Virus record (IMG/VR): IMGVR_UViG_3300031994_000057
Coordinates: 22,941 to 86,940 of that record
Reading direction: 5' to 3' (one strand)
Length of the DNA: 64,000 nucleotides
Source: a virus
Taxonomy: Duplodnaviria; Caudoviricetes
Numbering within the stretch: position 1 is the first letter of the stretch; each line of letters begins with the position of its first letter. The notes beneath the pieces are model-generated. The model was not told the origin of the DNA. It made no database searches and saw nothing but the letters and a program-made list of their open reading frames with translations. Below are positions 39,403 through 49,309 of this stretch, one piece after another. A program made the translations under genes and the position numbers.

Positions 39403-41553
39403 ATGGGTAAGCTTTTTATAGGCAATACCGGGTATAAAATGACTGTAGGTAATTCAAAGATAAAACGTGCTTATTTGGGTAATACTCTTATCTATAGTGA
39501 TGATGTAACTGTTGTATATCATCTTGATGATAGTATTCCCCTTACATATACAGAATACGTAGATGAGGGAGCAGATTGTCTAACTCCTAAGTCATTTAAT
39601 CCTGTAGGTGTGAAGCCAGAATATACTTTCTTAGGTTGGAGATTAGATAATCAGCCTGTCAATGAAGTATTAAGCACTTGTACTGCAACTGGCTCTACCG
39701 AAATACATCTGTATGCAGTATTCTATAATACTTATACAGTAAACTTCTATAATGCATCTACTACTAAGATTACTAAGACTTATATGATGTATTATAATAA
39801 TGGAAATAGAGTACATCCTAAGATAAGTGCAGAAGATATGACTCTTAAAGCAGTTAGTTCATTTAAGAATGCTCTTGGATGGACAGATGTACTTAATTCA
39901 TTTACACAGAAATACGCTAATGGAGTTGCTATAGAGATAAAATCTAATTTAGACTTATATTCTATATATACACAGAACTCTACACTATATATCTATAACG
40001 GTAGTGAAAGTGGTTCTATCAAGAGTGTATTTACAGCTACAAGAAATAGACAGTATAACTCATCTGCAGTATATACTGTAAATCCTTCAATAACTCTGAA
40101 GCATAACAATATAGCTGGATGGAATAATGCTGGATGGACTACTGTTAAAGATAGTACAGTATCTACTATTAATGATGGATTACTGAATATCACTGAGGCT
40201 TATGATGGCAAATCATTATATGCTCTTTATAGTAAACAAGCAGAGATGTATATCATTAATGGTGAGAATCGTACTCCTGATATGCCTGTTGGTGCTAAAT
40301 CAACTATTACTGCTATGAGATATAGACAGATGATAGCAGATAAGGTTAATGTAATAGATCCTACTATCGTATTAGAGCATAATGAAGTACGTAGTGAAAG
40401 AAATTCTTATGTACCCAATGGATGGAATTTAGGCGATGATAATCAAACACCTGTTGCACAGGATGGTAACTTTAAATTTAGTTCTGAGTATGATGGCAAG
40501 ACTTTATATGCATTGTATATAAGTGGTATTATGGTCACATGGAATACTTCTGTAAATATCATTAATAATTATGAATATAAAGACGTATATTTCAGAATGA
40601 CAGAAAGTTCACGTTCTATAACCGCTCCTAAATTTAGACAGAAAATTAAAGAAATATCAGGATGGGATATATTAGGTTGGTCAGATTCTGAATTTACAGA
40701 ATTCCCTACAACTGCTACATATGGTGATAATGAAGTATTCAGCAGAACTACTAGTGTAACTTTATTCCCTTACTTTAGAAAAGAAGTTAAACTCACAGCT
40801 ACAGCTAAGGAAGTCACTACTATAGAATCTAAATATGCTTATTATAAACCTACTAATCCGAATCCTAGTATATTGTACAAATATCCTTCATTTACTATAC
40901 CTAATCCTAGTGGAGATACAGAAACACCTGTTAAGTACTTCTTAGGATGGTCTAATGATAAGAATAAGACAGATATTGTATATCCTGCTATAGATAATAT
41001 CACATTACAAGATTCTGTTCATATCTATGCGGTATGGAAGATTAAAGATATCCTAGTAAATGGTGGTATGGAAGGAACTCCTTTTGAATTAACTGGAATT
41101 AAATTAAATAAGGAACCTGGAGATACTATTCTTCATAATGTGTTTACAAGAAATATTGACTTTAAATATTATGAGAAGTTGTCTATTGATATTAAAGCAG
41201 ATGTAAACTTTGAAGGAGCTGATGTACCTGTTAGTGATAATACTTGCATTGCATTTAGAGTATATCCTGGTACACAACCTAATGGAACTTTATGGAATGA
41301 ACCTTATCATACTGATTTACGAGTTAAATCATATAATAGCACATCGCAAGATGTTGATGAAGATTTAGGTCCTTGTAGAGGTGATGTAAAGGCTATTGTT
41401 TACAATATACCTTTATACAACTCATATGGAACTATCTCTACAGTTAAGATAGGAGTTCAGGCAATAGGTTCTTCTACTAATCCAGATCTTACATATGGAT
41501 GTAATGGTAGAATCTATAATATAACCTTCTACGGAAGAACTATGATATATTAA
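39403..41553 (+). CDS. adhesin-like virion protein with InlB B-repeat (Listeria-Bacteroides)-like repeats
   Basis: Recurring F.GW...LYA.(Y/W) units (YTFLGW, NALGW, IAGW, PNGW, ILGW, YFLGW). Confidence 0.6.
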   Translation: MGKLFIGNTGYKMTVGNSKIKRAYLGNTLIYSDDVTVVYHLDDSIPLTYTEYVDEGADCLTPKSFNPVGVKPEYTFLGWRLDNQPVNEVLSTCTATGSTEIHLYAVFYNTYTVNFYNASTTKITKTYMMYYNNGNRVHPKISAEDMTLKAVSSFKNALGWTDVLNSFTQKYANGVAIEIKSNLDLYSIYTQNSTLYIYNGSESGSIKSVFTATRNRQYNSSAVYTVNPSITLKHNNIAGWNNAGWTTVKDSTVSTINDGLLNITEAYDGKSLYALYSKQAEMYIINGENRTPDMPVGAKSTITAMRYRQMIADKVNVIDPTIVLEHNEVRSERNSYVPNGWNLGDDNQTPVAQDGNFKFSSEYDGKTLYALYISGIMVTWNTSVNIINNYEYKDVYFRMTESSRSITAPKFRQKIKEISGWDILGWSDSEFTEFPTTATYGDNEVFSRTTSVTLFPYFRKEVKLTATAKEVTTIESKYAYYKPTNPNPSILYKYPSFTIPNPSGDTETPVKYFLGWSNDKNKTDIVYPAIDNITLQDSVHIYAVWKIKDILVNGGMEGTPFELTGIKLNKEPGDTILHNVFTRNIDFKYYEKLSIDIKADVNFEGADVPVSDNTCIAFRVYPGTQPNGTLWNEPYHTDLRVKSYNSTSQDVDEDLGPCRGDVKAIVYNIPLYNSYGTISTVKIGVQAIGSSTNPDLTYGCNGRIYNITFYGRTMIY

Positions 41554-41574
41554 TCAAAAATAAAACTGGAGGCA

Positions 41575-42105
41575 TTAGATTGTCTCCAGTTTTTTATTTC
41601 TATTTTTTAATTGATGCTTAAATCTACTAAGTCGGATAATATCTATTATAGCTGGATAAGATAGATCATATCTGATTAGATTATATATCTTCTTACTAAG
41701 TTTATTCTTTTTAGATAATCCTCTATGGATTCTTCTGAATAAGCATGACATCATAGAAGCTTTTATGATTATTATATCATAATCCATTATATAATCTATA
41801 TCTATATAATCCATAAATAATTGAATACCTTCTATTACGTATTTACCTTCTAATTGGGTAATATACTTAATGAAAGAATTTATTATAAGATATTCATCGT
41901 TAGAGAAATCTATATGGAAATTTAAATCTCCATATAATATATCTATAAAATATTTCACCTTTTCATTTAATATAGGTCTATTCTTAGTATAGTATTTTGT
42001 AATTTCATCTAAATGAATAACCTCATATCCTAATTTAGTAAATTTATTAGCAAAGGTTGTTTTACCACAACCAGAAATACCTGTAATGAATATAGTTTTG
42101 TTCAT
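41575..42105 (-). CDS. P-loop nucleotide kinase-like protein
   Basis: ITGISGCGKTT, VIHLD, VIEG; own early-type promoter at 42126-42145. Confidence 0.75.
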   Translation of the reverse strand: MNKTIFITGISGCGKTTFANKFTKLGYEVIHLDEITKYYTKNRPILNEKVKYFIDILYGDLNFHIDFSNDEYLIINSFIKYITQLEGKYVIEGIQLFMDYIDIDYIMDYDIIIIKASMMSCLFRRIHRGLSKKNKLSKKIYNLIRYDLSYPAIIDIIRLSRFKHQLKNRNKKLETI

Positions 42106-42233
42106 ATTAATACCTCCATCATCTTTATAATATATAATTGAGATATGGTTTAAAAATAATTTCACATCTTATTAATGATATAAATAGTCTAATAAGACTT
42201 ATACATAAATAACTGAAAGGAGATTAATTTCCT

Positions 42234-43028
42234 ATGGCCAATGCAGGTAAAATATTAGCTCCGAGAAGAGGATCTAAAACTACAATGAGCACTGCACCAG
42301 GTTCAGCTATAGTATTAGCTGCTGGTGAAATCTTTATAGAAGAAGATACTTCTGCTGGAGTATTTAGAATAAAAATCGGCGATGGTGTTACAGCTTATTC
42401 ATCATTAGCATATGCATTTTCTGGTGCTTCTGCAGATATTAAATTTGTTCCTGGTGAAAGTGGATTAACTTCTACTAATGTACAGAATGCACTTGTAGAA
42501 TTAGCAGCTATGGCTGGTTCTGGTAGTGGTGTTTGTTATGGTACTTGCAGTACTGCAGCTGCAACTGCTGCTAAAGAAGTCACTGTATCAGCTGATCAGG
42601 ACTTTGAATTAAAAGTTGGTGCAACTGTATTAGTTAAGTTTACTAATACTAATAGCGCTGCTAATGCTACTCTTAATGTAAATAGCACTGGTGCAAAACC
42701 AATCTATTATAATAATGCTGCTTATACTGCAGGTGGTGATATTGCTGGTTTTGCTAGTGGATATATTTCATATACATATGATGGTACATATTGGGTATAT
42801 GCTGGAGCAAGTAGAGATTTAGATACAACTTATGCAGCTATCACTTCTACAGAAATTACCACAGGTACAGATACTGACCTTAAGACAGTTAGAGCGGATT
42901 ATTTAAAGACTGGTGTTAATGATTTAATAGATGCCAAGGCATGGACTGGTACATCTCAGCAGTATGGTCAAATTCAGAATCCTGATCCTACTGTTAATTA
43001 TTATATTGATGATAACCCATCAAATTAA
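42234..43028 (+). CDS. tail fibre module protein (Mtd-N-like plus YDGTYW module)
   Basis: PRRG...KIGDGVTAYSSLAY; GTCST...KFTNTN...YDGTYWV. Confidence 0.7.
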   Translation: MANAGKILAPRRGSKTTMSTAPGSAIVLAAGEIFIEEDTSAGVFRIKIGDGVTAYSSLAYAFSGASADIKFVPGESGLTSTNVQNALVELAAMAGSGSGVCYGTCSTAAATAAKEVTVSADQDFELKVGATVLVKFTNTNSAANATLNVNSTGAKPIYYNNAAYTAGGDIAGFASGYISYTYDGTYWVYAGASRDLDTTYAAITSTEITTGTDTDLKTVRADYLKTGVNDLIDAKAWTGTSQQYGQIQNPDPTVNYYIDDNPSN

Positions 43029-43049
43029 TAAAGAAGGAGGTAGAATCTC

Positions 43050-43331
43050 ATGGATGTTGGTTCGATAATTGTTACACTCGTTGCCGCTATTATATCCAGT
43101 ATAACGACATTAGTTGTATGTATTATAAATAACAATGCTCAGAGCAATAAACAGAAAGCACAGCTTGATAAAGTTGTTGCTATTCTTGAATATAAGCTGG
43201 AAGAACTTACTAAGAAAGTTGATCAGAGTAGTCTAATTAATGAGAGGGTAGTTAAACTAGAGAGTATGCTGCTCTTATTAGACCAAAAGATTAATGATAT
43301 AAATAAAAGACTTGAAAAAATTGAAGAATAA
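43050..43331 (+). CDS. holin-like or membrane protein (TM helix plus coiled coil)
   Basis: N-terminal hydrophobic helix; upstream of the holin. Confidence 0.6.
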   Translation: MDVGSIIVTLVAAIISSITTLVVCIINNNAQSNKQKAQLDKVVAILEYKLEELTKKVDQSSLINERVVKLESMLLLLDQKINDINKRLEKIEE

Positions 43332-43348
43332 TATAGGAGGTTACAAAC

Positions 43349-43687
43349 ATGGAAAGTGTAAAAGAAAAGAAATTCATGAACAATAAAGTTTATGATGCAC
43401 TCAAGATAGTTGCTGCTATCTTACCTTTAATTGGTGCATTCTACTATGGTTTATCTGAGATATGGGGACTTCCTTATGGTGGACCTGTGCAGGCTACATT
43501 TGCATTGCTTGCTTCTACATTAGCTGCTATACTTGCTAAGTTATCTTATGACTACAAGAAGTATAATGACCTTAAAGCATTATTAGCTGCTGGTGGTGTA
43601 GATGCTGTTGCTGATCAGATCACTGCAGAGAATACACCCGAAGTTGCTGTAGAAGAAACAGTTGAATCAGGTGAAGCTAATGAATAA
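43349..43687 (+). CDS. holin, Dp-1 family
   Basis: NKVYDALK...LP....Y..LSEIWGLPYG pattern. Confidence 0.8.
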   Translation: MESVKEKKFMNNKVYDALKIVAAILPLIGAFYYGLSEIWGLPYGGPVQATFALLASTLAAILAKLSYDYKKYNDLKALLAAGGVDAVADQITAENTPEVAVEETVESGEANE

Positions 43688-43904
43688 TGATTCTGTAATT
43701 GTCGTATCAGATGAAAGTTCTTTTAAAGTTAAGGTTGTTGTAGATGATCTTGAAGTAAAGAATGGACCTGGTGAAAACTTTATTACAGTTCTCCATATCA
43801 GAGATAAGAGTATTTATTCCATAAATGTTATCGAAAATGAACACTGGGGTAAACTTAAATCTGGTATTGGATGGATTGACTTAAATTATACAGTAAGAAT
43901 CTAA
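43680..43904 (+). CDS. stand-alone SH3b cell-wall-binding domain
   Basis: VKNGPGENF...WGKLKSGIGWIDLNYT. Confidence 0.75.
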   Translation: MNNDSVIVVSDESSFKVKVVVDDLEVKNGPGENFITVLHIRDKSIYSINVIENEHWGKLKSGIGWIDLNYTVRI

Positions 43905-43990
43905 ATATATACCAGAGAGGTATGTGTTCCTCTCTGGTATTTTATTACTCTTTCACATATTAATAATTCAGATATAATAGGAGGTTTATT

Positions 43991-45757
43991 ATGTCTTATC
44001 TTGATACAATTATAGAAGAATTTATTAAAGAATCTTCTGTAGATATATTATCAGCGATAGATAATTTTAACTATGCTGTTAATAATTCACCTGAAATAAT
44101 AGAAGAAGCAGAATATACTAAGAAAGTAGAACATTTAAAACTTGAATTATTAGACATTGATAGATTTATAAAAGTAAATGATTGTAAAGCTATAGATAAT
44201 CCTGTATTTTATAGCAGAGATAATATACCTACACCTGATGGATTATTATCTAATGAGATATTTGGTATAACACAAGCAGATAGAGCAGGTATATTTGCTT
44301 ATATAAATCTTAATCAATGGTTTATAGATCCTTCATGCTATAAATGTTGGTCTAAAATTGATCCTAAAGTTAAAGATATTGTTCATAAGAACGGAACTTT
44401 CTCGATAGACAGTAATGGCTATATAGTAGAAGATCCTGTAGGTAAGAATGGTGTTAAATTCTTAAAGGATAATATTGATAAGATTAAATTCAAGACATCT
44501 GATTCTATGAAGAGAGACTTGAGAATTAATTATCTTGAGTTAAATAGAAAGAAGATGTTTATAAATAAATATATCGTTATACCACCTTATTATAGAGATA
44601 CTAATACTGGTAAACGTTCTGTCGGTGTAGGTGGCATAAATAAGATATATTCACAGTTGATTATAGCAGTTAATTCACTTAAGACTACACAAGATTATGG
44701 ATTCGATTTAAGTGGTCCTATGGAAGGTAGAGTACAAGAAGTAATAGTTGCTATATATGATTGGTTAGCAGGTAATACTAATAGCCTTATTCAGACAGAT
44801 GAAGGTGTAGGTATATCTGGTAAGACTGGTTTATTAAGAAGAGCTGCTTTAAGTAAGACTACTAATTATGCAGCTAGACTAGTTATTTCAGCTCCTGATG
44901 TAAGAACTAATAGACCAGAAGATTTAATGGTTAATTATGACTTCTCTGCTATTCCTTTACATGCTGCTTTAGCATGCTATAGACCATTTGTACAGTTTTA
45001 TGTAAGAAAGTTCTTTGAAAGTGAATTCATAGGAACAGAAACTTATCCTGTAAGACAGAAAGATGGAAGTATAGTTTATATTACTCCTAATAATCCTTTA
45101 ATAGAGTTTAGCGATGAAGTTATAGTAAAAGAAATGGAAAGATTCATCCATTCTAAGAATAATAGATTAAGACCTATTATTCTTCATGATACAGAAGGTA
45201 AAGAATACTTTATGAATTTTAGAGGAAACTTTACTAATGATAAACTTGAAGGTGAAGGAATTTATGAAAGAAGACTCACATGGTGTGATGTATTCTATGT
45301 AGCTGCTTGCAGAGCAGTAAAAAATAAAATGGCTATTATTACAAGATATCCTGTAGATACCAAGTTTAACAGTATCGTAACTGGTTTAGTTATATCTTCT
45401 ACAACTAATACCGAACCTATGTATTATAATAATGAATTCTTCAAATACTATCCTAAGATTAGAGAAGAAGATATAGGAAAAGGTACAGAGAATAAGTTTA
45501 TCGATACTATGAGACTTTGTAATATATTCCTTCCTGGTATGGTTGGAGATTATGATGGTGATACAGTTACTGTTAAAGGTGTTTATACGGATGAAGCTAA
45601 TGAAGAATTAAGAAAGTTTGCTAATAATAAGATGAACTTTACTAATACAGAAGCATCATCTACAAGAACATCAGCAGGACAAGTAGCACAATCGTTATAT
45701 AACCTAACTTTAATACTTAATTCTGATAAGGAAAAATTAAAACCTGTTGAATTATAA
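43991..45757 (+). CDS. multisubunit RNA polymerase beta-prime-like subunit (catalytic fragment; probably virion RNAP)
   Basis: PTPDGLLSNEIFG, VIPPYYRD, YAARLVIS, TRYP, GDYDGD; N-terminal acidic extension. Confidence 0.85.
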   Translation: MSYLDTIIEEFIKESSVDILSAIDNFNYAVNNSPEIIEEAEYTKKVEHLKLELLDIDRFIKVNDCKAIDNPVFYSRDNIPTPDGLLSNEIFGITQADRAGIFAYINLNQWFIDPSCYKCWSKIDPKVKDIVHKNGTFSIDSNGYIVEDPVGKNGVKFLKDNIDKIKFKTSDSMKRDLRINYLELNRKKMFINKYIVIPPYYRDTNTGKRSVGVGGINKIYSQLIIAVNSLKTTQDYGFDLSGPMEGRVQEVIVAIYDWLAGNTNSLIQTDEGVGISGKTGLLRRAALSKTTNYAARLVISAPDVRTNRPEDLMVNYDFSAIPLHAALACYRPFVQFYVRKFFESEFIGTETYPVRQKDGSIVYITPNNPLIEFSDEVIVKEMERFIHSKNNRLRPIILHDTEGKEYFMNFRGNFTNDKLEGEGIYERRLTWCDVFYVAACRAVKNKMAIITRYPVDTKFNSIVTGLVISSTTNTEPMYYNNEFFKYYPKIREEDIGKGTENKFIDTMRLCNIFLPGMVGDYDGDTVTVKGVYTDEANEELRKFANNKMNFTNTEASSTRTSAGQVAQSLYNLTLILNSDKEKLKPVEL

Positions 45758-45776
45758 AAATAAAAGTCCAGGGAAT

Positions 45777-46031
45777 CTAAGTTCCCTGGACTAATCTTAT
45801 GTAAATATTGTTTTCGTCTTCGTTGATAAATTCTTCTTTAGCTGTTGAATAATCAAATTGATGATTAACTAATTCATACTTCTTATTACATTTAGTACAA
45901 TGAACTATCTTAAATGAATTATGATTTCGTAAATCTGCAGATGATGGAATATACATAGATACTGTGAATTTATTATTTCCACATTCACAAGTGATATTAT
46001 CATAATGATCTATGTAAATATTTTTCTTCAT
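45777..46031 (-). CDS. Zn-ribbon protein
   Basis: CECGN...HCTKC. Confidence 0.6.
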   Translation of the reverse strand: MKKNIYIDHYDNITCECGNNKFTVSMYIPSSADLRNHNSFKIVHCTKCNKKYELVNHQFDYSTAKEEFINEDENNIYIRLVQGT

Positions 46032-46067
46032 TATAATTCTCCTTATATCCTATGCCTATAGAATCAC

Positions 46068-46337
46068 TTATTTTATATTACCTTTATATGGTGCATCCCA
46101 CCATTCAGTACTAAAACATATGGTTCCATCCATTTCAACTTCGACATCCAATCTATCTTTTATTACATCTGGAAATAAAGCTGCAATTATATCACCATTA
46201 GTAGGATTATCTGGTAATTGTATAATAGTCTCGGCATTATCTATCTGGTCTACAACAAATTCTACGCCTTCTGTGAAATCTTTGCTCTTTTCAGTATAAG
46301 ATAATACATCAAATTTATCAGCATTTATTAGTCTCAT
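46068..46337 (-). CDS. hypothetical phage protein (MRLINAD family)
   Basis: ORF track. Confidence 0.65.
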   Translation of the reverse strand: MRLINADKFDVLSYTEKSKDFTEGVEFVVDQIDNAETIIQLPDNPTNGDIIAALFPDVIKDRLDVEVEMDGTICFSTEWWDAPYKGNIK

Positions 46338-46555
46338 TATTTTATCTCCTTATATCTTCTTGTATGTGAACCATCTGTATTCTCTATATCTATTTCTTCT
46401 ACAGGAATTAATGGACAATTAGATTTTCTATCATCTTCTTCATCAGCAATTACACCGTCATCTATTCTGCAATACGCTATAAAATCACAGTCAACAAATG
46501 GGCACTTCTCACATAAACCGGGTTCTTTAATATTAGTATCAATTACATATTTCAT
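46337..46555 (-). CDS. Cys-rich hypothetical protein
   Basis: CEKCPF...CR...NCPL. Confidence 0.65.
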   Translation of the reverse strand: MKYVIDTNIKEPGLCEKCPFVDCDFIAYCRIDDGVIADEEDDRKSNCPLIPVEEIDIENTDGSHTRRYKEIK

Positions 46556-46558
46556 AAA

Positions 46559-46927
46559 TTAATCTCCTTCAAATCTTTCTACTATCGTCTCACAATATCC
46601 ATTAGGTAATCCATCCCATAAAAATTGTGTGATATCATGCTCATCAGAATTCTTTAAAGCAAATAATAAAACTCTTTGTTCATATGATAACTCCAATAGA
46701 TATTCACAAATTAATTTACTTAATTTAGCGTCTTCTCTATCTTTACCATCTGACTCACAATAGTTAATAACCCATTTAAGGTCATCATCGTCTATATTAT
46801 CATCATCTGTTACAATGTGACAACAACCACCTGTACCTGCACCACTGGGAATATCATATAATACACAAATGAGTTTATTTACTATTTCGATTCGATAATC
46901 CCATTTAGGTTTAGAATAATTATCCAT
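46559..46927 (-). CDS. hypothetical protein (GGCCHIVTDD)
   Basis: GGAG RBS before the ATG at 46927. Confidence 0.65.
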   Translation of the reverse strand: MDNYSKPKWDYRIEIVNKLICVLYDIPSGAGTGGCCHIVTDDDNIDDDDLKWVINYCESDGKDREDAKLSKLICEYLLELSYEQRVLLFALKNSDEHDITQFLWDGLPNGYCETIVERFEGD

Positions 46928-46976
46928 ATTATATTCTCCATTCTTTAATAAAAATAAGAGTAGGAGAATTATTCTC

Positions 46977-47567
46977 CTACTCTTCAGATATTTTATTGTA
47001 TTTGTTGTATTTGTCATAGACTTCAAATTCATCACAGTCTAATGCCATATACTTTTGAAACTTACCATATTTATCAGGTCCTATACCAGGAAGATTCTTG
47101 GGGTCATTTGTATTACTATAAATTAATGCTAAGTCTGTCATAGTCATATATCCTAGAGTAGCAAATGCTTTACGTATAGTACTAGGCATCTTGGTCATAC
47201 CCATAATATTTCTATTACCAGCAATGAATGTACAATATAAATACATTCTCTCAGCATATAATAAAGATTCTACGAGATTCTCTACATATTCTTTATCTAT
47301 ATCACTATTCTTAGCATCTTTATCTACTAATCCTTCTTCTTTCATATAGTCTACAAATACATTTACTATATTTCTGAATGATTCTAGTGAAATAGGTTCT
47401 TCTTTAAAGAATTCTTTCTCGAAATCTCTTTCTGTAATCATCTTAAAAAAGATGTTGATTAATTGATCAATATCACTATTACTACAATCTGTAATATTGT
47501 ACTTCCAATTTAATCTCTGGTATATGATTTTCCTCATAAACTGATGTTTAATCAATTTATCTGCCAT
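46977..47567 (-). CDS. protein with C-terminal HhH / RNAP alpha-CTD-like motif
   Basis: IRKAFATLGYMTMTDLA...LPGIGPDK. Confidence 0.45.
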   Translation of the reverse strand: MADKLIKHQFMRKIIYQRLNWKYNITDCSNSDIDQLINIFFKMITERDFEKEFFKEEPISLESFRNIVNVFVDYMKEEGLVDKDAKNSDIDKEYVENLVESLLYAERMYLYCTFIAGNRNIMGMTKMPSTIRKAFATLGYMTMTDLALIYSNTNDPKNLPGIGPDKYGKFQKYMALDCDEFEVYDKYNKYNKISEE

Positions 47568-47569
47568 AA

Positions 47570-47953
47570 TTAGATCCTCATATAGTTCTTAATCATATCA
47601 TCTGCAATATCTTCATATGTAGAGTCGCCTACTACATTAATTAAGATATTTACTACTACTTCTACATCATTCTCATCTGTTTCACTCTGCTTAACAAATG
47701 CTATAGAAGCAATAGCCACCCATTTAGCCTTTCTTACATTAACAGATGATTTAAGCATATAATCTTCACCTTCCATATAAGATTCTGTCTTATGGGATGA
47801 TAATATACCATCTGTTGCTATCATCTTAGCATCTAAGTCTAATAAAAGACCTCCAATAGATAATGTGGTTAATTCAGCTACATTATTTACTGTTACATTA
47901 GCCTTACCATATACTCTATTGTAATGGCCAATAAATTCTTTTAAAGTTATCAT
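47570..47953 (-). CDS. hypothetical early protein
   Basis: AGGAGG RBS; early-type promoter ~48003-48028. Confidence 0.65.
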   Translation of the reverse strand: MITLKEFIGHYNRVYGKANVTVNNVAELTTLSIGGLLLDLDAKMIATDGILSSHKTESYMEGEDYMLKSSVNVRKAKWVAIASIAFVKQSETDENDVEVVVNILINVVGDSTYEDIADDMIKNYMRI

Positions 47954-48121
47954 TGTTGATAATACCTCCTATTTGAAATTATATATCTGTTGTTTACATT
48001 GTTATTATATATTATTGATTTTATTTTTATGCATTGGGATTTTAACATTTTACATATTAATAATAACTTATGTTATAGTGGCTAATATGCCTTAATAATA
48101 ATAAAAGGAGAAAAGATAATT

Positions 48122-48844
48122 ATGGCTAATGATACTAAATACGGTATTCTAATACGTAATGGCGTAAATTATTCACATGATGCAGCCGATAGTATATCTT
48201 ATGATAATACTACAAGTGGATTAGAAGCCACTAAAACACAAGATGCCATTGATGAATTAAAATCTATAATTGACAGTGGTACTGGCGGTGGACATACTAT
48301 CTTAGATGATACAGGTACTGCCCTTACGCAAAGAGATAAATTACAAATGGCTGGTGTTTATACTGCTGATGATAGTACCAACCAGAAAACTGTTGTAAAT
48401 ATTGCTAGAACAATGACCGAAGCTCAGCGTCGTGCATTACCCGCAGCAGAGCAGAAAGGATTTATTTATACAACAGATAATCCTGACTATGTTCCTTTAG
48501 ATGGTGATAGTATTGCTTATAAGAATGGACTTTCCATAACTGAAGCTATAGATGGTCTTGCTGTAACAGATACATTTGATGTACTTGCTGAAAATTGGGT
48601 AGGTAATGAAGACCCTGAAACTGCAGAAGATTATCCTTATATAATGGAAATAGAAACTGATGCGTTTAATGATAATGCTAGACCTATTTGGCAGATGAAT
48701 GGTACTGGAACTGTACCTGTGGGTGATGAAATAACTGACATTGCTATGGTTAGTGAAGCATGGTTTGATTCTAACGGAGTTATATTATATGCTACAGATC
48801 AACCTACAAATGATTTAGTACTAGAAGTGAAGGGGGTATTATAA
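48122..48844 (+). CDS. tail fibre-associated module protein
   Basis: SGLEATKTQDAIDEL fibre motif; C-terminal YPY domain shared with the next gene. Confidence 0.65.
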   Translation: MANDTKYGILIRNGVNYSHDAADSISYDNTTSGLEATKTQDAIDELKSIIDSGTGGGHTILDDTGTALTQRDKLQMAGVYTADDSTNQKTVVNIARTMTEAQRRALPAAEQKGFIYTTDNPDYVPLDGDSIAYKNGLSITEAIDGLAVTDTFDVLAENWVGNEDPETAEDYPYIMEIETDAFNDNARPIWQMNGTGTVPVGDEITDIAMVSEAWFDSNGVILYATDQPTNDLVLEVKGVL

Positions 48845-48845
48845 T

Positions 48846-49307
48846 ATGTCCATTAAAGTTTTAATGAATGGTTCTAATCCTATTGGAGCTATTGCAAGTG
48901 GCCATGTAATTCTCAATGAATCTGGTACAACCATGGCTAATGAAAATAAATTGCAGTTTACAGGAAGTGGTGTTAATGTATCTGATGACAGTACTAATGG
49001 TAAGACTGTCGTTAATATACTTGAACAACATGACTTTACAATTACTACAACATGGGAAGCTAATGCTGATTTAGGTGATTATGAAACATATCCCTATAAA
49101 CAGGTAATTAGTACTACTATTTATAATAATAATTCTGCTCCTGATGGATTAATATTAGCTGGAGATCCAACTGACTTTATGACAGCAGCTGAGACAGAAG
49201 ATAAGTACAAATTATGTGATCAAATGTTATTCACTAGCACAGGAATCACATTATTAGCAAAAGAAGAAACAGAGAACGCGTTAACATTAAGAGTTAGAGG
49301 TAAATAA
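48846..49307 (+). CDS. tail fibre-associated module protein
   Basis: GH.IL...GT.....KLQF.G..V.DDSTN.KTVVNI shared with the previous gene. Confidence 0.65.
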   Translation: MSIKVLMNGSNPIGAIASGHVILNESGTTMANENKLQFTGSGVNVSDDSTNGKTVVNILEQHDFTITTTWEANADLGDYETYPYKQVISTTIYNNNSAPDGLILAGDPTDFMTAAETEDKYKLCDQMLFTSTGITLLAKEETENALTLRVRGK

Positions 49308-49309
49308 TT

